The notes: generated from the letters alone by a model not told the origin. 64,000 bases of DNA from Desulfuromonadales bacterium (GCA_033549025.1 JAWSUS010000002.1:1-64000), one strand, 5' to 3'; positions 1 through 10,948 are shown, counted from the first letter of the stretch. Program-made: numbers and translations.

Positions 1-77
1 AAGATTAAAAGTCAAAATTTGCTATTATTTATGTAATTTCAGCCACTTGTGTTTAATGTGTTTTTTGCGAGGCCATC

Positions 78-127
78 TTTCTTTTCGCCAAAAGAAAAGG
101 AACCCGGCTGTCGGGCCGGAACCCGAC
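78..127. repeat. Pair of short hairpins (TTTCTTTT-cgcc-AAAAGAAA and GTCGGG-ccggaa-CCCGAC), possible remnant of an intergenic repeat or terminator of the RND operon
   Basis: Two inverted repeats at 78-97 and 110-127, downstream of the RND gene stop. Confidence 0.35.
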
Positions 128-164
128 GGTTTATAAGATTTTTACCCCACCCCGAAAAACATTC

Positions 165-3100
165 TCACCCCAACAATCCCGAAAGCCGCCGCTTGCTGTC
201 CTCAATAATCATATAAAGACAGGGCACCAGCACCAGGACAACCGCAGTGGAGAAAAGAATCCCGAAACCGAGGGAGAGCGCCATGGGGATCATGAAGCGC
301 GCCTGCCGGGAGGTCTCGAAGATCATGGGGGCCAGACCGCCGAAGGTCGTCAACGTGGTCAGAATGATCGGGCGGAAACGGCGCTTGCCAGCGGCGTGAA
401 TGGCCGTGATGGCGTCCTCTTCTTCCTGCAAACGGCGGCGGTTGGCGTAGTCGATGAGCACCAGCGAGTCGTTGACCACCACCCCCGAGAGCGCGACGAT
501 CCCCATCATACTCATGAGACTGAGGTTGTAGCCCATGAACAGATGCCCCAGCACCGCGCCCACCATGCCGAAGGGGATGGCGACCATGACGATGAGCGGC
601 TGGGTATAGCTGCGAAAGGGGATGGCTAGCAGAAAATAGACGCAGAGCATGGCCATGACAAAGCCCAGCACGAGACTGCGCATGCTCTCCTTGAGGTCGG
701 CCTGCCGTCCTTCGTAGCCGATGCTCAGTCCGGGAAAATCCTGCTCCAGTTGCGGCAGTATCGTGCTGTTGAGGGTCGCCATAACCTGCCCCGTTTCGCC
801 GAGGGGCTCGACATTGGCGCTCACGGTCACGGTACGACGGGCATCCCGCCGGGTGATGGTCGTATAGGCCCGGCCACGCTCGACTTCGGCGATGTCCATC
901 AGAGGCACGAAGGTTCCGGCCGGCGTGCGGATCATCAAATGCTCCACGTCAAAAATTCGCTGGCGTTGCTCTTCCGGCAGACGGATACGGACGGTCACCT
1001 CGTTGCGCCCCCGCTGCTGACGCAGCGTCTCGACCCCGGAGAAAGCGTGCCGCACCTGGCGGGCCACCTCACGAGAGGTGAGCCCCAGACTCATCCCTTC
1101 CGGCTTGATGCGGAAATCGAACTGCTGCTTGCCGGGTGTGAACCCGTCATCGACATCGCTCACGTTGGAAAAATCTTCCAGCCGCAGGGCGAGAGCTGCG
1201 CTGGCCTCTTTGAGGACATCGATGTCGCGGTGCGACAGCTCGACGGTCAGGGCCGCACCCGAACCGGGCCCGCCGCGATCTGACTCAAACCGCAGGGATT
1301 CCAGGCCGACCAGAGCACCCACGTTCTCCCGCCACAGGCGCGTGACCTGCCCCGTATTGATGGGCCGCACCCCGGGGTCGGTGAGATAGGCCCGCACGAC
1401 CACCTGATTTTCGTCAATTTCGGCCAGAACCCCCTCAAGCAGACGCTCGCCGCCGTTGGCCGCCGCCACCTCTTCCATGGACGCGACCAGACGTCTCTGC
1501 ACATCCTGCGCCCGCTCCACCGGACTGCCGACGGGGAGCACCGCCGTGACCAGGGCCAGATCCGCTTCCACCCTCGGCATCAGGATCATGCCGATGCGCC
1601 CGCTCAGCGCGTACCCACCGATCAAAAGGAGGGTGGCCAGGCCGATGGCCAGGGTCAACGAGCGCCAGCGCAGGCAGAAGTCGAGGGAGGGTCCGTAAAC
1701 GCCATCGATAAAGCGCACGACCAACCGACTGAAGCTCTGCTGCCAGTCGTGCAGCCGGGCGGTCAGGCGGCTGGCAGGACGGCTGCCGGTATGGGCCAGA
1801 TGCGAAGGCAGGATAATCAAAGCCTCGACCAGAGAGACGAGAAAGACGGTGATAACCACCAGGGGAATGACCTTCCAGATTTTACCCATGACCCCCGGCA
1901 CGAAGTAGAGGGGCATAAAGGCCACCACGTTGGTGAGGATGGCGTAGGTGACAGGAACCGCCACATCCTGCGCCCCCTGGATGGCCGCCGTCATGAAATC
2001 CATCCCCTTCTGGCGGTATTCGTAGATGTTCTCCCCGGCGACGATAGCATCGTCGACGACAATCCCCAGGGCGATAATAAAGGCGAAGAGGGAGATCATA
2101 TTGATGGAGACCCCCAGCGCCGGCATAAACAGCAGCCCCCCGAGAAAGGAGATGGGGATACCCATGGTCACCCAGAAGGCCAGCTTGAATTCCAGGAAGA
2201 GCCCCAGGACGAAAAGCACCAGGCTGAGGCCGATGAATGCGTTCTTCAGCAGCAGTTCAAGGCGCTGGCGGTAGATGTCAGATCGGTCGTTATTGATGGT
2301 CCAGTCGATACCGTCGGGCAGATCGGCGGCAATATCCACCATGGCGGCGCGCACTTCGTCCGAAACGCCGATGGGCGTCTGTCGGCCGACACGGTAGACA
2401 TCCACCCCCATGCTCCGCTGGCCGTTGAAGAAGGCGCGGCGGTCGGTGTCTTCGAAACCCTCTTCCACCGAGGCGATGTCGCCGAGGGTCAGCACCGCCC
2501 CTTCGGCGGTGGTAATCAGGGGAATGTCGCGAAACTGCCGGGCCCAGTCGCGGCGGTCTTTGACGCGCAACAGGATATCCCCACCGGAGGTCTCGACGGT
2601 TCCTCCCGGCAGCTCAATGGAGGCGGCGCTGATCCGTGCCGCCACATCGGCCAGAGTCAGCGAGTAGGTACGCAGGTTCTCTCGGGGGACGTGGACCAGG
2701 ATTTCATAATCCCGCGCGCCGCTCAGATCCACCTGGGTTATACCGGGATTCTGCAGCAGCCGGTCCCGCACCTGCTCCACGGTCTCGCGCAGGGCCACTT
2801 CGCTCACGTCGCCGTAAAACTGCATATTGACCACTTCCCGGCGCCGAACAACCAACGAAACCTGCGGCTCCTCGGCATCCTCCGGGAAGGTGGTGATACG
2901 ATCGACCTCCTGCTTGATATCCTGATAGACCCGCTGCTGGTCCACATCTTCGAGGAGTTCAACCTGGACGGTCCCCACCCCCTCGGCGGCAGTCGCCTGC
3001 AGCTCCTTGATGCCGTCGATGCCGCGGACTCCTTCCTCCACGGCCAGGATGATCCCCTGCTCCACCTCTTCGGGGCTGGCTCCCGGGTAGGCAACGGTGA

Positions 3101-3266
3101 TCGTCACCAGGTCCAAGTCGAACTCGGGGAAGACCTCCTGCTTGATTCGCGAGGTCATAAGGAAGCCTCCCAGCAGGAGGAAAAGCATCAGCAGATTGGG
3201 CGTGACCCGGTTATACACCATCCAGGCGATGGGGCCACGCAGCCTGCGCTCCTTACCCTGGCTCAT
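165..3266 (-). CDS. RND efflux transporter permease (AcrB/AcrD/AcrF family)
   Basis: 1033 aa; YPGASPEEVE, GIVVDDAIV (TM4) and RFRPIILTTLTT motifs; follows MFP and OMF genes. Confidence 0.95.
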   Translation of the reverse strand: MSQGKERRLRGPIAWMVYNRVTPNLLMLFLLLGGFLMTSRIKQEVFPEFDLDLVTITVAYPGASPEEVEQGIILAVEEGVRGIDGIKELQATAAEGVGTVQVELLEDVDQQRVYQDIKQEVDRITTFPEDAEEPQVSLVVRRREVVNMQFYGDVSEVALRETVEQVRDRLLQNPGITQVDLSGARDYEILVHVPRENLRTYSLTLADVAARISAASIELPGGTVETSGGDILLRVKDRRDWARQFRDIPLITTAEGAVLTLGDIASVEEGFEDTDRRAFFNGQRSMGVDVYRVGRQTPIGVSDEVRAAMVDIAADLPDGIDWTINNDRSDIYRQRLELLLKNAFIGLSLVLFVLGLFLEFKLAFWVTMGIPISFLGGLLFMPALGVSINMISLFAFIIALGIVVDDAIVAGENIYEYRQKGMDFMTAAIQGAQDVAVPVTYAILTNVVAFMPLYFVPGVMGKIWKVIPLVVITVFLVSLVEALIILPSHLAHTGSRPASRLTARLHDWQQSFSRLVVRFIDGVYGPSLDFCLRWRSLTLAIGLATLLLIGGYALSGRIGMILMPRVEADLALVTAVLPVGSPVERAQDVQRRLVASMEEVAAANGGERLLEGVLAEIDENQVVVRAYLTDPGVRPINTGQVTRLWRENVGALVGLESLRFESDRGGPGSGAALTVELSHRDIDVLKEASAALALRLEDFSNVSDVDDGFTPGKQQFDFRIKPEGMSLGLTSREVARQVRHAFSGVETLRQQRGRNEVTVRIRLPEEQRQRIFDVEHLMIRTPAGTFVPLMDIAEVERGRAYTTITRRDARRTVTVSANVEPLGETGQVMATLNSTILPQLEQDFPGLSIGYEGRQADLKESMRSLVLGFVMAMLCVYFLLAIPFRSYTQPLIVMVAIPFGMVGAVLGHLFMGYNLSLMSMMGIVALSGVVVNDSLVLIDYANRRRLQEEEDAITAIHAAGKRRFRPIILTTLTTFGGLAPMIFETSRQARFMIPMALSLGFGILFSTAVVLVLVPCLYMIIEDSKRRLSGLLG

Positions 3267-4519
3267 GGTGTCGCCGCCTTGGCCGGGGAGGGGGCCGGCT
3301 CCTGCAGGCGCAGGCGCATGCCCTCTACCGCCGCCGACAGATCAGTAACCACCAGACGCTCATCCTCCCGCAGCCCCTGGGGGACAAGGACATCATCGGG
3401 GCCGCGAAAAAGAATCTCGATGGGGCGAATCTCCAGGCGGTCCTGTTCATTCATGATCCACACCGTATCGCCATCGCGAACCAGGCGGCGTGGAATCTTT
3501 GCCGCCGATTCAACGGCGCTCCCGACGATCTCCACCCGCACGTAGGAGTCGATCAGCATTCTCGGGCGACCGGCATTAGCCTGCCGCCGCGCCAGCGGAT
3601 CTGCGACCTCCACCAGGAGCCGGGCCATACGTCCCTCCGGTTCCACAGAGGCGGCCAGACGCAGGACATGTCCCTCGCGAAAGAGGTCTCCACCCCAGGC
3701 GGCCTCATCGTAAATGCGTACACTGCTCCCCTTTCCGCCTGTCCGGTCGGGCAGCTTGATCCAGCGCAGTTGACTGACCGGCACAGAGAGCTCTACCCAG
3801 TAGGCGTCGGTCCCCACCAGCTCGACCAGTGCCGTAGCCTGCGTAACCCGGGTACCCAGATTAACGTGGCGCGCCTGCACCACAGCGTTGAAGGGCGTCG
3901 TAATAGTCGTTCGTTCCAGGTCGATGCGGGCCTTCTGCACACGGGCGCGGGCCGCGTCGAGGGAGGCTTTCAGGGTATCGAGCTGGGGTTGCCGCAGCAT
4001 CAGCGCCTTCTCTGCGTCGCTGACGTCCTCCCCCAACAGTTCGTATTCGCGGCGGGCCACCATCTGGCGTCCCTGCTCCAGCTGAATCTCGGCCTCGACC
4101 CTGGCCACTTCACTCTCCAGTTGGGCCACGGCAATGCGGTAGTCGGTGGGATCGATCCGCAGGAACTCTTCCCCTTCGGCCAGCATGCCCCCCGGCATGA
4201 AATGGGGGTTGATGGCGATAACCTCGCCGCTGACCTGGGGCATGATCGCCACTTCGCGGGCCGGCTTGACGGTGCCCATGGCGTGGATGATGGTGCGCTG
4301 GGGCCCGACGTGAACCGGTTGGACCTCCACTAGGGTAGCCTGGCGCTCTTTCGGCTTCGGTTTGGCCTTAGGCCCGGTCTTCATCAGCCAGAAGGCGATC
4401 AGCACGGCTCCGACCAGGATCAGCAGCGGCAGCAGATAACGCAGCAGAAGGAAGCCCCGCCGTCCATGGCGGTCGGGGGAGATATCACGGTCAGGTGTGG
4501 GGGGTGTCTCTTTTTCCAT
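3263..4519 (-). CDS. RND efflux membrane fusion (periplasmic adaptor) protein
   Basis: 418 aa; N-terminal TM, PQVSGEV lipoyl half-motif, coiled-coil hairpin; 4-nt overlap with RND gene. Confidence 0.92.
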   Translation of the reverse strand: MEKETPPTPDRDISPDRHGRRGFLLLRYLLPLLILVGAVLIAFWLMKTGPKAKPKPKERQATLVEVQPVHVGPQRTIIHAMGTVKPAREVAIMPQVSGEVIAINPHFMPGGMLAEGEEFLRIDPTDYRIAVAQLESEVARVEAEIQLEQGRQMVARREYELLGEDVSDAEKALMLRQPQLDTLKASLDAARARVQKARIDLERTTITTPFNAVVQARHVNLGTRVTQATALVELVGTDAYWVELSVPVSQLRWIKLPDRTGGKGSSVRIYDEAAWGGDLFREGHVLRLAASVEPEGRMARLLVEVADPLARRQANAGRPRMLIDSYVRVEIVGSAVESAAKIPRRLVRDGDTVWIMNEQDRLEIRPIEILFRGPDDVLVPQGLREDERLVVTDLSAAVEGMRLRLQEPAPSPAKAATP

Positions 4520-4604
4520 CGATTCAGCCTGTCTTGGTGTAAAGGCTCAGCTACCTGTCATGGGTAGCAAGGATTCTTATGCGTCAAAAAGGTGCAAAAC
4601 CGGC

Positions 4605-6026
4605 TCAGCTCTCCGGCACGTACGCTGTCATGTCCCACCCCGTCCCGAGAGCGCGGCAGAGGTCGATACGGTACTGGATGAGGATACGCTGACCGGCCAG
4701 ATGGCTGCGCTGCAGCTGCTGGTAGGAAAACAGGGCGGAGAGGACCCGCTGGTAATCCTCGGCGCCGTTGAGGTAGCGGTCGCGTACGCGGTCGATGGCC
4801 TGCCCCGCCAGTTCGAGCTGGCGCTCGACGCTGTCGAGATATTCGAGCTGCCGGGCTTCCCCGCTCAGGGCATCTTCGACCTCGGCCACCGCCTGCAAAA
4901 CAGTCTGTCCATAAGTGTGCAGACGCTCACGGGCCTGGGCCTGACTGCGCTCCACCTCGGCCCGCCGCTGGCCGCCGTCGATGAGGGGCGCCACCAGGTT
5001 GGCCGCCAGCGAGGCCAGCCAGTTGTCAAAGAGGTCATCGATAGTCTCCGCCGACGTTGAGGCCCCGGCGGTAAGGCTCAAACGTGGAAAGCGTTCGCTG
5101 ACGGCCGCCGCCGTGCGCTCATCGGCAGCCCGCACCTGAAACCAGGCCCGGCGCACATCGGGACGGTGGCGGACCAGTTCGGCGGGGACACCGGTTTCCG
5201 GCAGAGCGGGCAGCGAGATCAGTCCGGCTTGCGGCAGGGCCAGCTGACCCGGCGCCAGCCCGGCCAGCAGATGTAGCCGGTTTTCGAGCACGCGAATCTG
5301 GGCGGCGACCTGAGCCCGTTCCCCCACATTGGCTTCGATAAGCTGGCGCTGCTGCAACACGTCGGCGATGCCCGTCTGCCCGGTGCGGAACTGCAAAGTG
5401 ACCAGCTCAAGCACCTTGCGGTTGGTCTCCATCTGTCCATCGAGCAGGTCGAGCTGGCCGTACTTCTCCATCAGCTCATACCAGCCCGCCGCCACCTGCG
5501 CCGACAGGGTCAGGGCCGCAGCCCGCAGATCCTCGGCGCTGGCGCCGGTATCGAAGCGGGCGGCGTCACGGGAAGAGCGGATACGCCCCCAGAGGTCGAT
5601 TTCGTAACTGGCGGCGAGGCCCAGGCTGTAGGTATGGTCGGTGCCGGAGCGGCTGTTATTGTCATAGCGGGTCGTAGAAGCGCCGGCCTCCCCTTGCAGG
5701 GACGGGATCAGTCCGGCCCCGGCCTTGCGCTGCAGGGCCTCGGCCTGCCGCAGTCGCTCCCAGGTGGCTTTCAGGCTGAGATTGCCGGCCAGAGCCCGCG
5801 CCATGAACGCGTCCAGAGCTGGATCGTCGAAGGAGCGCCACCACATCTCCGGCAGCACAGCCTCCCCCGTGGTGGTAAACGCCGGGGGCAACTCCACAGC
5901 GCCTTGCCCGCCAGAACGCACCGGTGCACAACCGGCCACAGCCAGCACGGCAGCGAGAAGGCAGGCGGCCAGTGTTTGCAGCCAGCGGGTCCCGAAGAAT
6001 AAAAAACACCGTCTATTCACACGCAT
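4605..6026 (-). CDS. Outer membrane efflux lipoprotein (NodT/OprM/TolC family)
   Basis: Lipobox LAVAGC, WWRSFDDPAL, YEIDLWGR, RPDVR, ALGTGW motifs. Confidence 0.92.
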   Translation of the reverse strand: MRVNRRCFLFFGTRWLQTLAACLLAAVLAVAGCAPVRSGGQGAVELPPAFTTTGEAVLPEMWWRSFDDPALDAFMARALAGNLSLKATWERLRQAEALQRKAGAGLIPSLQGEAGASTTRYDNNSRSGTDHTYSLGLAASYEIDLWGRIRSSRDAARFDTGASAEDLRAAALTLSAQVAAGWYELMEKYGQLDLLDGQMETNRKVLELVTLQFRTGQTGIADVLQQRQLIEANVGERAQVAAQIRVLENRLHLLAGLAPGQLALPQAGLISLPALPETGVPAELVRHRPDVRRAWFQVRAADERTAAAVSERFPRLSLTAGASTSAETIDDLFDNWLASLAANLVAPLIDGGQRRAEVERSQAQARERLHTYGQTVLQAVAEVEDALSGEARQLEYLDSVERQLELAGQAIDRVRDRYLNGAEDYQRVLSALFSYQQLQRSHLAGQRILIQYRIDLCRALGTGWDMTAYVPES

Positions 6027-6193
6027 TTTTTCCTGTCTCTGCCAGGCGCTGGCGCCCAGGGAAGCCTTTGCTCTTCGTCAGTCGTGGTAAAGGGCTTGAT
6101 TATATCGGTAAATATTTCAAATGGGAAGCCAGGGCAAGGAGACACCCTTAGAAAAGACGTCGACGGTGAATATCGCTCTTTGGTGATGGATCT

Positions 6194-7399
6194 TTATTCG
6201 TGGCGCAGAGCCTCGATAGGGTCAAGGCGGGCGGCCTTTTTAGCCGGGAAAAATCCGAAGACGACCCCCACCGCCGCCGAGAAGAGGAAGGCGACCAACA
6301 CGATAGCCGGGTTGAGGACAAAAGGAATCTGCAACAGGCTGGCCAGTCCGAAAGACCCCGCCATGGCCAGTACGATACCCACCAGCCCCCCCAGGGAGGA
6401 GAGAACCACCGCCTCGACCAGAAACTGAAGCAGCACCTCGCGCTCCAAAGCGCCGATGGCCAGACGGATGCCGATCTCGCGGGTACGCTCAGTGACCGAG
6501 ACCAGCATGATGTTCATGATGCCGATACCGCCGACCAGCAGGCTGACCGCCGCCACTGCCCCCAGCAGAGAGGTGAGGATGCGCGTGGTGCCCGTGAGCA
6601 TGCTGGCGATCTCCTTCATATCCATGACCTGAAAATCGTCATCTTCCGAAGGGGCGATGTGGCGCCGCTTGCGCAGCAGGTATTCAATCTCCTTCTTGGC
6701 CTGTTCCGTCGGCACTCCGTCGCGAACCGAGACCTGGATGAGGCGTACATCCTGACTTCCGGCCAGGCGGCGCTGAACAGTCCGCAGGGGCAGCAGGATC
6801 ATGTCGTCCTGATCACTCCCCATGGACGACTGCCCCTTGGCTTCGAGCAGACCGATGATCTGGCAGGAGACTTTTCCCAGGCGGATGTTGCTGTCAAGGG
6901 GGTTTTGGTTGCCGAACAGCTCTTTGCGAACCGTCTCTCCAATGACGCACACCGCCGCCCCCGAGCGCAGCTCACTGTCGGTGAAGGGGCGGCCGGAGCT
7001 CAAGGACCAGTTGCGCACCCTGAAATAGGCGTTGTCGCTGCCGTTGGCGCTGGTAGACCAGTTGCGATTGCCGTACACGGCGGTAACAGGTTGGGTCAAA
7101 GACGGGGCCACCGCTGCGGCGGCGGAGATATCCCTGACGATCGCTTCGGCGTCTGCCACTTTGAAGTTCGGCGCGGCGGAGACAGAGCCGGGGCCCATAC
7201 GCTGACCGGGCCGGATCATAAGCAGATTGCTGCCCAGACTGGCGATCTGGTCGGTGACCTGAGCGGTGGCGCCACCGCCCAGGGTGACCATGACGATGAC
7301 CGCCGCCACGCCGATGACGATCCCCAAAACAGTGAGGAAGGAGCGCATAACATTGCGGCGGATCTCCCGCAGAGCGAGGACAAAGGCGTTCCACAGCAT
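6194..7399 (-). CDS. MacB-like ABC transporter permease
   Basis: RSFLTVLGIVIGVAAV, GGIGIMNIMLVSVTERTREIGIR, PAKKAARLDPIEALR motifs. Confidence 0.93.
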   Translation of the reverse strand: MLWNAFVLALREIRRNVMRSFLTVLGIVIGVAAVIVMVTLGGGATAQVTDQIASLGSNLLMIRPGQRMGPGSVSAAPNFKVADAEAIVRDISAAAAVAPSLTQPVTAVYGNRNWSTSANGSDNAYFRVRNWSLSSGRPFTDSELRSGAAVCVIGETVRKELFGNQNPLDSNIRLGKVSCQIIGLLEAKGQSSMGSDQDDMILLPLRTVQRRLAGSQDVRLIQVSVRDGVPTEQAKKEIEYLLRKRRHIAPSEDDDFQVMDMKEIASMLTGTTRILTSLLGAVAAVSLLVGGIGIMNIMLVSVTERTREIGIRLAIGALEREVLLQFLVEAVVLSSLGGLVGIVLAMAGSFGLASLLQIPFVLNPAIVLVAFLFSAAVGVVFGFFPAKKAARLDPIEALRHE

Positions 7400-8130
7400 C
7401 AGGATTCTCCCCCCCCGGCCCGGTCGTCTTCCACCAGGCCATCACGAAAATGAATACTGCGGCGGGCATAGGCTGCCATTTCGGCTTCGTGGGTCACCAT
7501 CACCACCGTTATGCCCAAATCCCGATTGAAGCGGGTGAGCAGTTCCATGATTTCAAGGCTGCGGGCCGTATCGAGGTTCCCTGTCGGCTCATCAGCCAGC
7601 AGAACCTGGGGGTGGGTGACAATGGCCCGGGCAATGGCGACACGCTGCTGCTGGCCACCGGAGAGCTCACCGGGTGTGTGGTCAGCCCATTCCTTGAGCC
7701 CCACGGTCTCCAGCGCCTCATAGGCAAGGGCATGGCGCTGACCGGCGGGAAGGCCGCGATAGATCAGGGGCATTTCCACATTCTCCAACGCAGAGGTACG
7801 GTTGAGCAGGTTGAAGCCCTGAAAGACGAAGCCCAGATAATGCCGCCGCAGCAGGGCCCGCTTGTCCCGCGGGAGGGCTCCCACTTCCACCCCCTGAAAA
7901 AAATAGTGCCCGGAGCTGGGCGAATCGAGGCAGCCGAGGATATTCATGCAGGTGGACTTCCCCGAACCGCTCGGCCCCATGACCGCCACAAACTCCCCCT
8001 GCCGGATACAGAGATCGACGCCGCGCAGAGCCTGCATGGAGGCCTGCCCGCTGCCGTAAATGCGGGTCACCCCTTTTAGTTCGATGAGGGGGGCACCAGG
8101 CTCCCTGTCCGAAAGCGGCCGGCCCGTCAT
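7399..8130 (-). CDS. ABC transporter ATP-binding protein (MacB/LolD family)
   Basis: Walker A GPSGSGKST, LSGGQQQRV signature, LADEPTGNLD. Confidence 0.95.
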   Translation of the reverse strand: MTGRPLSDREPGAPLIELKGVTRIYGSGQASMQALRGVDLCIRQGEFVAVMGPSGSGKSTCMNILGCLDSPSSGHYFFQGVEVGALPRDKRALLRRHYLGFVFQGFNLLNRTSALENVEMPLIYRGLPAGQRHALAYEALETVGLKEWADHTPGELSGGQQQRVAIARAIVTHPQVLLADEPTGNLDTARSLEIMELLTRFNRDLGITVVMVTHEAEMAAYARRSIHFRDGLVEDDRAGGGES

Positions 8131-9425
8131 TTGAGACGCACCGTATCGACAATAACGGCTGTCCCCGATGCCAATTCGCCGCCGACGATTTCAGTTCGGA
8201 GACCGTCCGTAGCGCCAGTGACCACGGGCACGGCCACAGGCTGACCCTGCCGTAGCACCCAGACCTGAGCATTTTTACCCGCTGCGCTTGCCTTGTCGTT
8301 GTTCCGTTTGCCCGAACGGGCGGGTCGGGGCATCAGACTGCCCACAAGACTGCCGCCGCCCGCAGCGACTTTTTCTTCCGCCGCCGGCGGACTGAAACGC
8401 AGGGCGGCGTTGGAGACGAGCAAGGCCTGCTCGACCCTGTTGACAACAATATCCGCCGTCGCCGTCATGCCGGGCCGCAGGCGTAGATCGGTATTATCCA
8501 CGCCCAAAATCGCCTTGTAGGTCACGACCCCGTCGACCTCTTCGGAACCATAGCGCACCTGCAGGATATGGGCAGGGAAAGAATGCTCCGGATAGGCATC
8601 GACGGTAAATTGCGCCTGCTGCCCCTCCTGTATGTGTCCGACATCGGCTTCGTCCACATCGACCTGCAACTCCATCTGGGCCAGATCCTCGGCCAGGGTA
8701 AAGAGCACCGGTGCCTGCAAGGAGGCAGCTACCGTCTGACCGGGCTCAACGGAGCGCACGAGAACGATACCGTTAATAGGCGAAAGGATGGCCGCCTTGC
8801 CCAGATCGGTCTCATTCTCCTCCAGGATGGCTTCCGCTTGAGCAACGCTCGCACGGGCACTGGCCTCGTCTGCCCTGGCCCGGGCCAGAGCCGCCTCGGC
8901 CGCATCGATATCCTGCGGAGAAGGCACCTTGCCGCCACTGAGTTCATAGACCCGTCGCAGGCGCTCAAGATCGCTCAGAGAAACCTTCACCGTGGCCTGG
9001 GCCTGAAGCACCCGGGCCCTGGCCGCCTCTAAAGCCGCGCGGAACTGCAGAACCTGGGCCCTCAGCTTGGAGATGTCCAGGCGGGCCAGCACTTGCCCTA
9101 CCTTCACGCGGTCATTGTAATCGACCTCCACCGTCTCGATTATCCCCGAGAGTTCGCTGCCCACCTCGACCTTGTTGGTCGGCTGCAGATTGCCCGTGGC
9201 GGTGACGTTTACAACGAGATCGCCCCGTGTCATTTCCGCGGTTTTGTACTGCAGGCCGTCCGAATCCCTTCCCAGAGTCCAGAGCAGAATCAGGACTACC
9301 AGCAGGATGACGACCGTCCCCCAGACATACCAGCGCTGCCAGAAAGGTCTTTTCCGGAGTTCGTCCCCCAGTCCCAGGGTGGCGGCAATATCATTGCCCT
9401 CGCTCTTTTTCGCTATGTGGCTCAA
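8127..9425 (-). CDS. MacA-like membrane fusion protein
   Basis: VGSELSG, SPINGIV, GQTVAASLQAPVLF, VDEADVG motifs; start placed at the TTG overlapping the OMF stop (ORF track extends to 9473). Confidence 0.9.
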   Translation of the reverse strand: MSHIAKKSEGNDIAATLGLGDELRKRPFWQRWYVWGTVVILLVVLILLWTLGRDSDGLQYKTAEMTRGDLVVNVTATGNLQPTNKVEVGSELSGIIETVEVDYNDRVKVGQVLARLDISKLRAQVLQFRAALEAARARVLQAQATVKVSLSDLERLRRVYELSGGKVPSPQDIDAAEAALARARADEASARASVAQAEAILEENETDLGKAAILSPINGIVLVRSVEPGQTVAASLQAPVLFTLAEDLAQMELQVDVDEADVGHIQEGQQAQFTVDAYPEHSFPAHILQVRYGSEEVDGVVTYKAILGVDNTDLRLRPGMTATADIVVNRVEQALLVSNAALRFSPPAAEEKVAAGGGSLVGSLMPRPARSGKRNNDKASAAGKNAQVWVLRQGQPVAVPVVTGATDGLRTEIVGGELASGTAVIVDTVRLK

Positions 9426-10861
9426 GGCGTCACCCCTTCCTCGTTTGATAGTGTCCGGGACAATGGTTCCCACCCGCCCCCCAGCGACTTATAGAGTCGG
9501 ACCAAGTTCGCGGTTACCTGTCCTTCGCTACTGACCTGTTGGCTCTGCAGATTGAGCCGGGAGCGCTGGGATTCGATCACAACCTGAAAATCGACCAGGC
9601 CCGACGCATATTGCTGTTCGGCCAGCCCTGTGGCGCGTTCGGCGGCCTCGGCCGCCGCCGTGATGGCCTCCAGGCGCTGCCGCTCGTCGGCATAGGCGAC
9701 CAGGGCATCCTCTACCTCCTGCAGGGCGGTCAAGACGGCCTCTTCATAACGAAGCAGCGCCTGCTCCTGCAGGGCGTTCTGCACCTCGATATGGCTCCGG
9801 ATGCGTCCCGCGTCAAAAATGTTCCAGCTGAATCCCGGCGCGATACGGGCCCTTGAACTGTCTGAGTCCAGCAAACTGCCGAAGGAGAGGGCTTCAAAAC
9901 CGATAGAGCCGGGCAGAGTGAATTTGGGATAAAGATCCGCCGTGGCCACCCCGACCCTGGCTGTCTGGGCCGCCAACTGGCGCTCGGCCCGCCGCACATC
10001 GGGGCGTCGCCGTAGCATTTCTGCCGGAAGGCCGATGGTGATGCCCTCGGGAGGCAAGGGCACGGAACGTGTTTCGTCGAGCAGGCTGTTCAGGGTGCCT
10101 GGCCGAAGCGCCAGCAGGACGGCAAGGGTGTTTCGCGCTTTGCTCAGCGCCGTATGCAGGCTGGGTACCTGAGCCCGGGTCTGTTCCAGGGCATAGCGCG
10201 CCTGCTCTACATCTAATACCGAGACAAGGCCTGCTTCAGCCCGCCATTGCGTCAGTTGCGAGGAATCGCCCTGAATCGCCAGGTTGTCCGTCGCCACCGC
10301 AAGTTGTGCCTGGGTGGTGCGCAGGTCGATGTAGTTGAGTGCAACCTCGGCTGCCAGAGACACCAGCACATCACGCAGGTCCGCCTCGCTTGCCCCGATA
10401 CCGGCATCGGCCGCCTCGACCGCCCGTCGGGTGCCGCCAAACACATCAATCTCCCAGGCAGCATCGAGACCGGCCTGAAAAAGCTCGGCACTGGAGCCCG
10501 AACCGGTGCGGCTGCGGCTGTAGGAACCGGAGGCATTGACGCTGGGAAAGTAGCGGGCCCATTCTCCGCCGCGCTCTGCGCGCGCCTGCCGCAGGCGGGA
10601 CTCGGCCTGACGCAGTTCCAGATTGCCAAGTGCGGCCTTTTCGATAAGCTCGGCCAGAATAGGGTCATCAAGCTGCCGCCACCAGGCGGCCAGGGTTTCA
10701 TCCTGGACGGCCCGCGTTTCGACCCCGTCGGCGAGGGATGCGCTCCAGCCGGCGGGAACCTCCACCTCAGGGGTGCGGTAGTCCGGCCCCACGGCGGCAC
10801 AGCCGCTCAGCCACCACAGAGGCAGCAGGGCAAGTACCGTAAAAATCAATCTCGTCGCCAT
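9422..10861 (-). CDS. Outer membrane efflux lipoprotein (NodT family)
   Basis: Lipobox LSGC, VGPDY, WEIDVFGG, RRPDVRRAE, LYKSLGGGW. Confidence 0.93.
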   Translation of the reverse strand: MATRLIFTVLALLPLWWLSGCAAVGPDYRTPEVEVPAGWSASLADGVETRAVQDETLAAWWRQLDDPILAELIEKAALGNLELRQAESRLRQARAERGGEWARYFPSVNASGSYSRSRTGSGSSAELFQAGLDAAWEIDVFGGTRRAVEAADAGIGASEADLRDVLVSLAAEVALNYIDLRTTQAQLAVATDNLAIQGDSSQLTQWRAEAGLVSVLDVEQARYALEQTRAQVPSLHTALSKARNTLAVLLALRPGTLNSLLDETRSVPLPPEGITIGLPAEMLRRRPDVRRAERQLAAQTARVGVATADLYPKFTLPGSIGFEALSFGSLLDSDSSRARIAPGFSWNIFDAGRIRSHIEVQNALQEQALLRYEEAVLTALQEVEDALVAYADERQRLEAITAAAEAAERATGLAEQQYASGLVDFQVVIESQRSRLNLQSQQVSSEGQVTANLVRLYKSLGGGWEPLSRTLSNEEGVTP

Positions 10862-10948
10862 AATTCATCGCTTCCCAACGGGGAGGTGTGTTCCTGTGCA
10901 AGTATATCCCGCCTCCCCAAAATGTCAGAACCGCGTACAAAGATGCGA

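Noticed and set aside
1749..3545. 598-aa plus-strand ORF (similarly 28990-30687, 55081-56139, 56209-57759, 59080-60609, 62437-63975)
   Set aside because: Antisense shadows of well-supported genes, expected from GC-rich codon bias; no recognisable motifs
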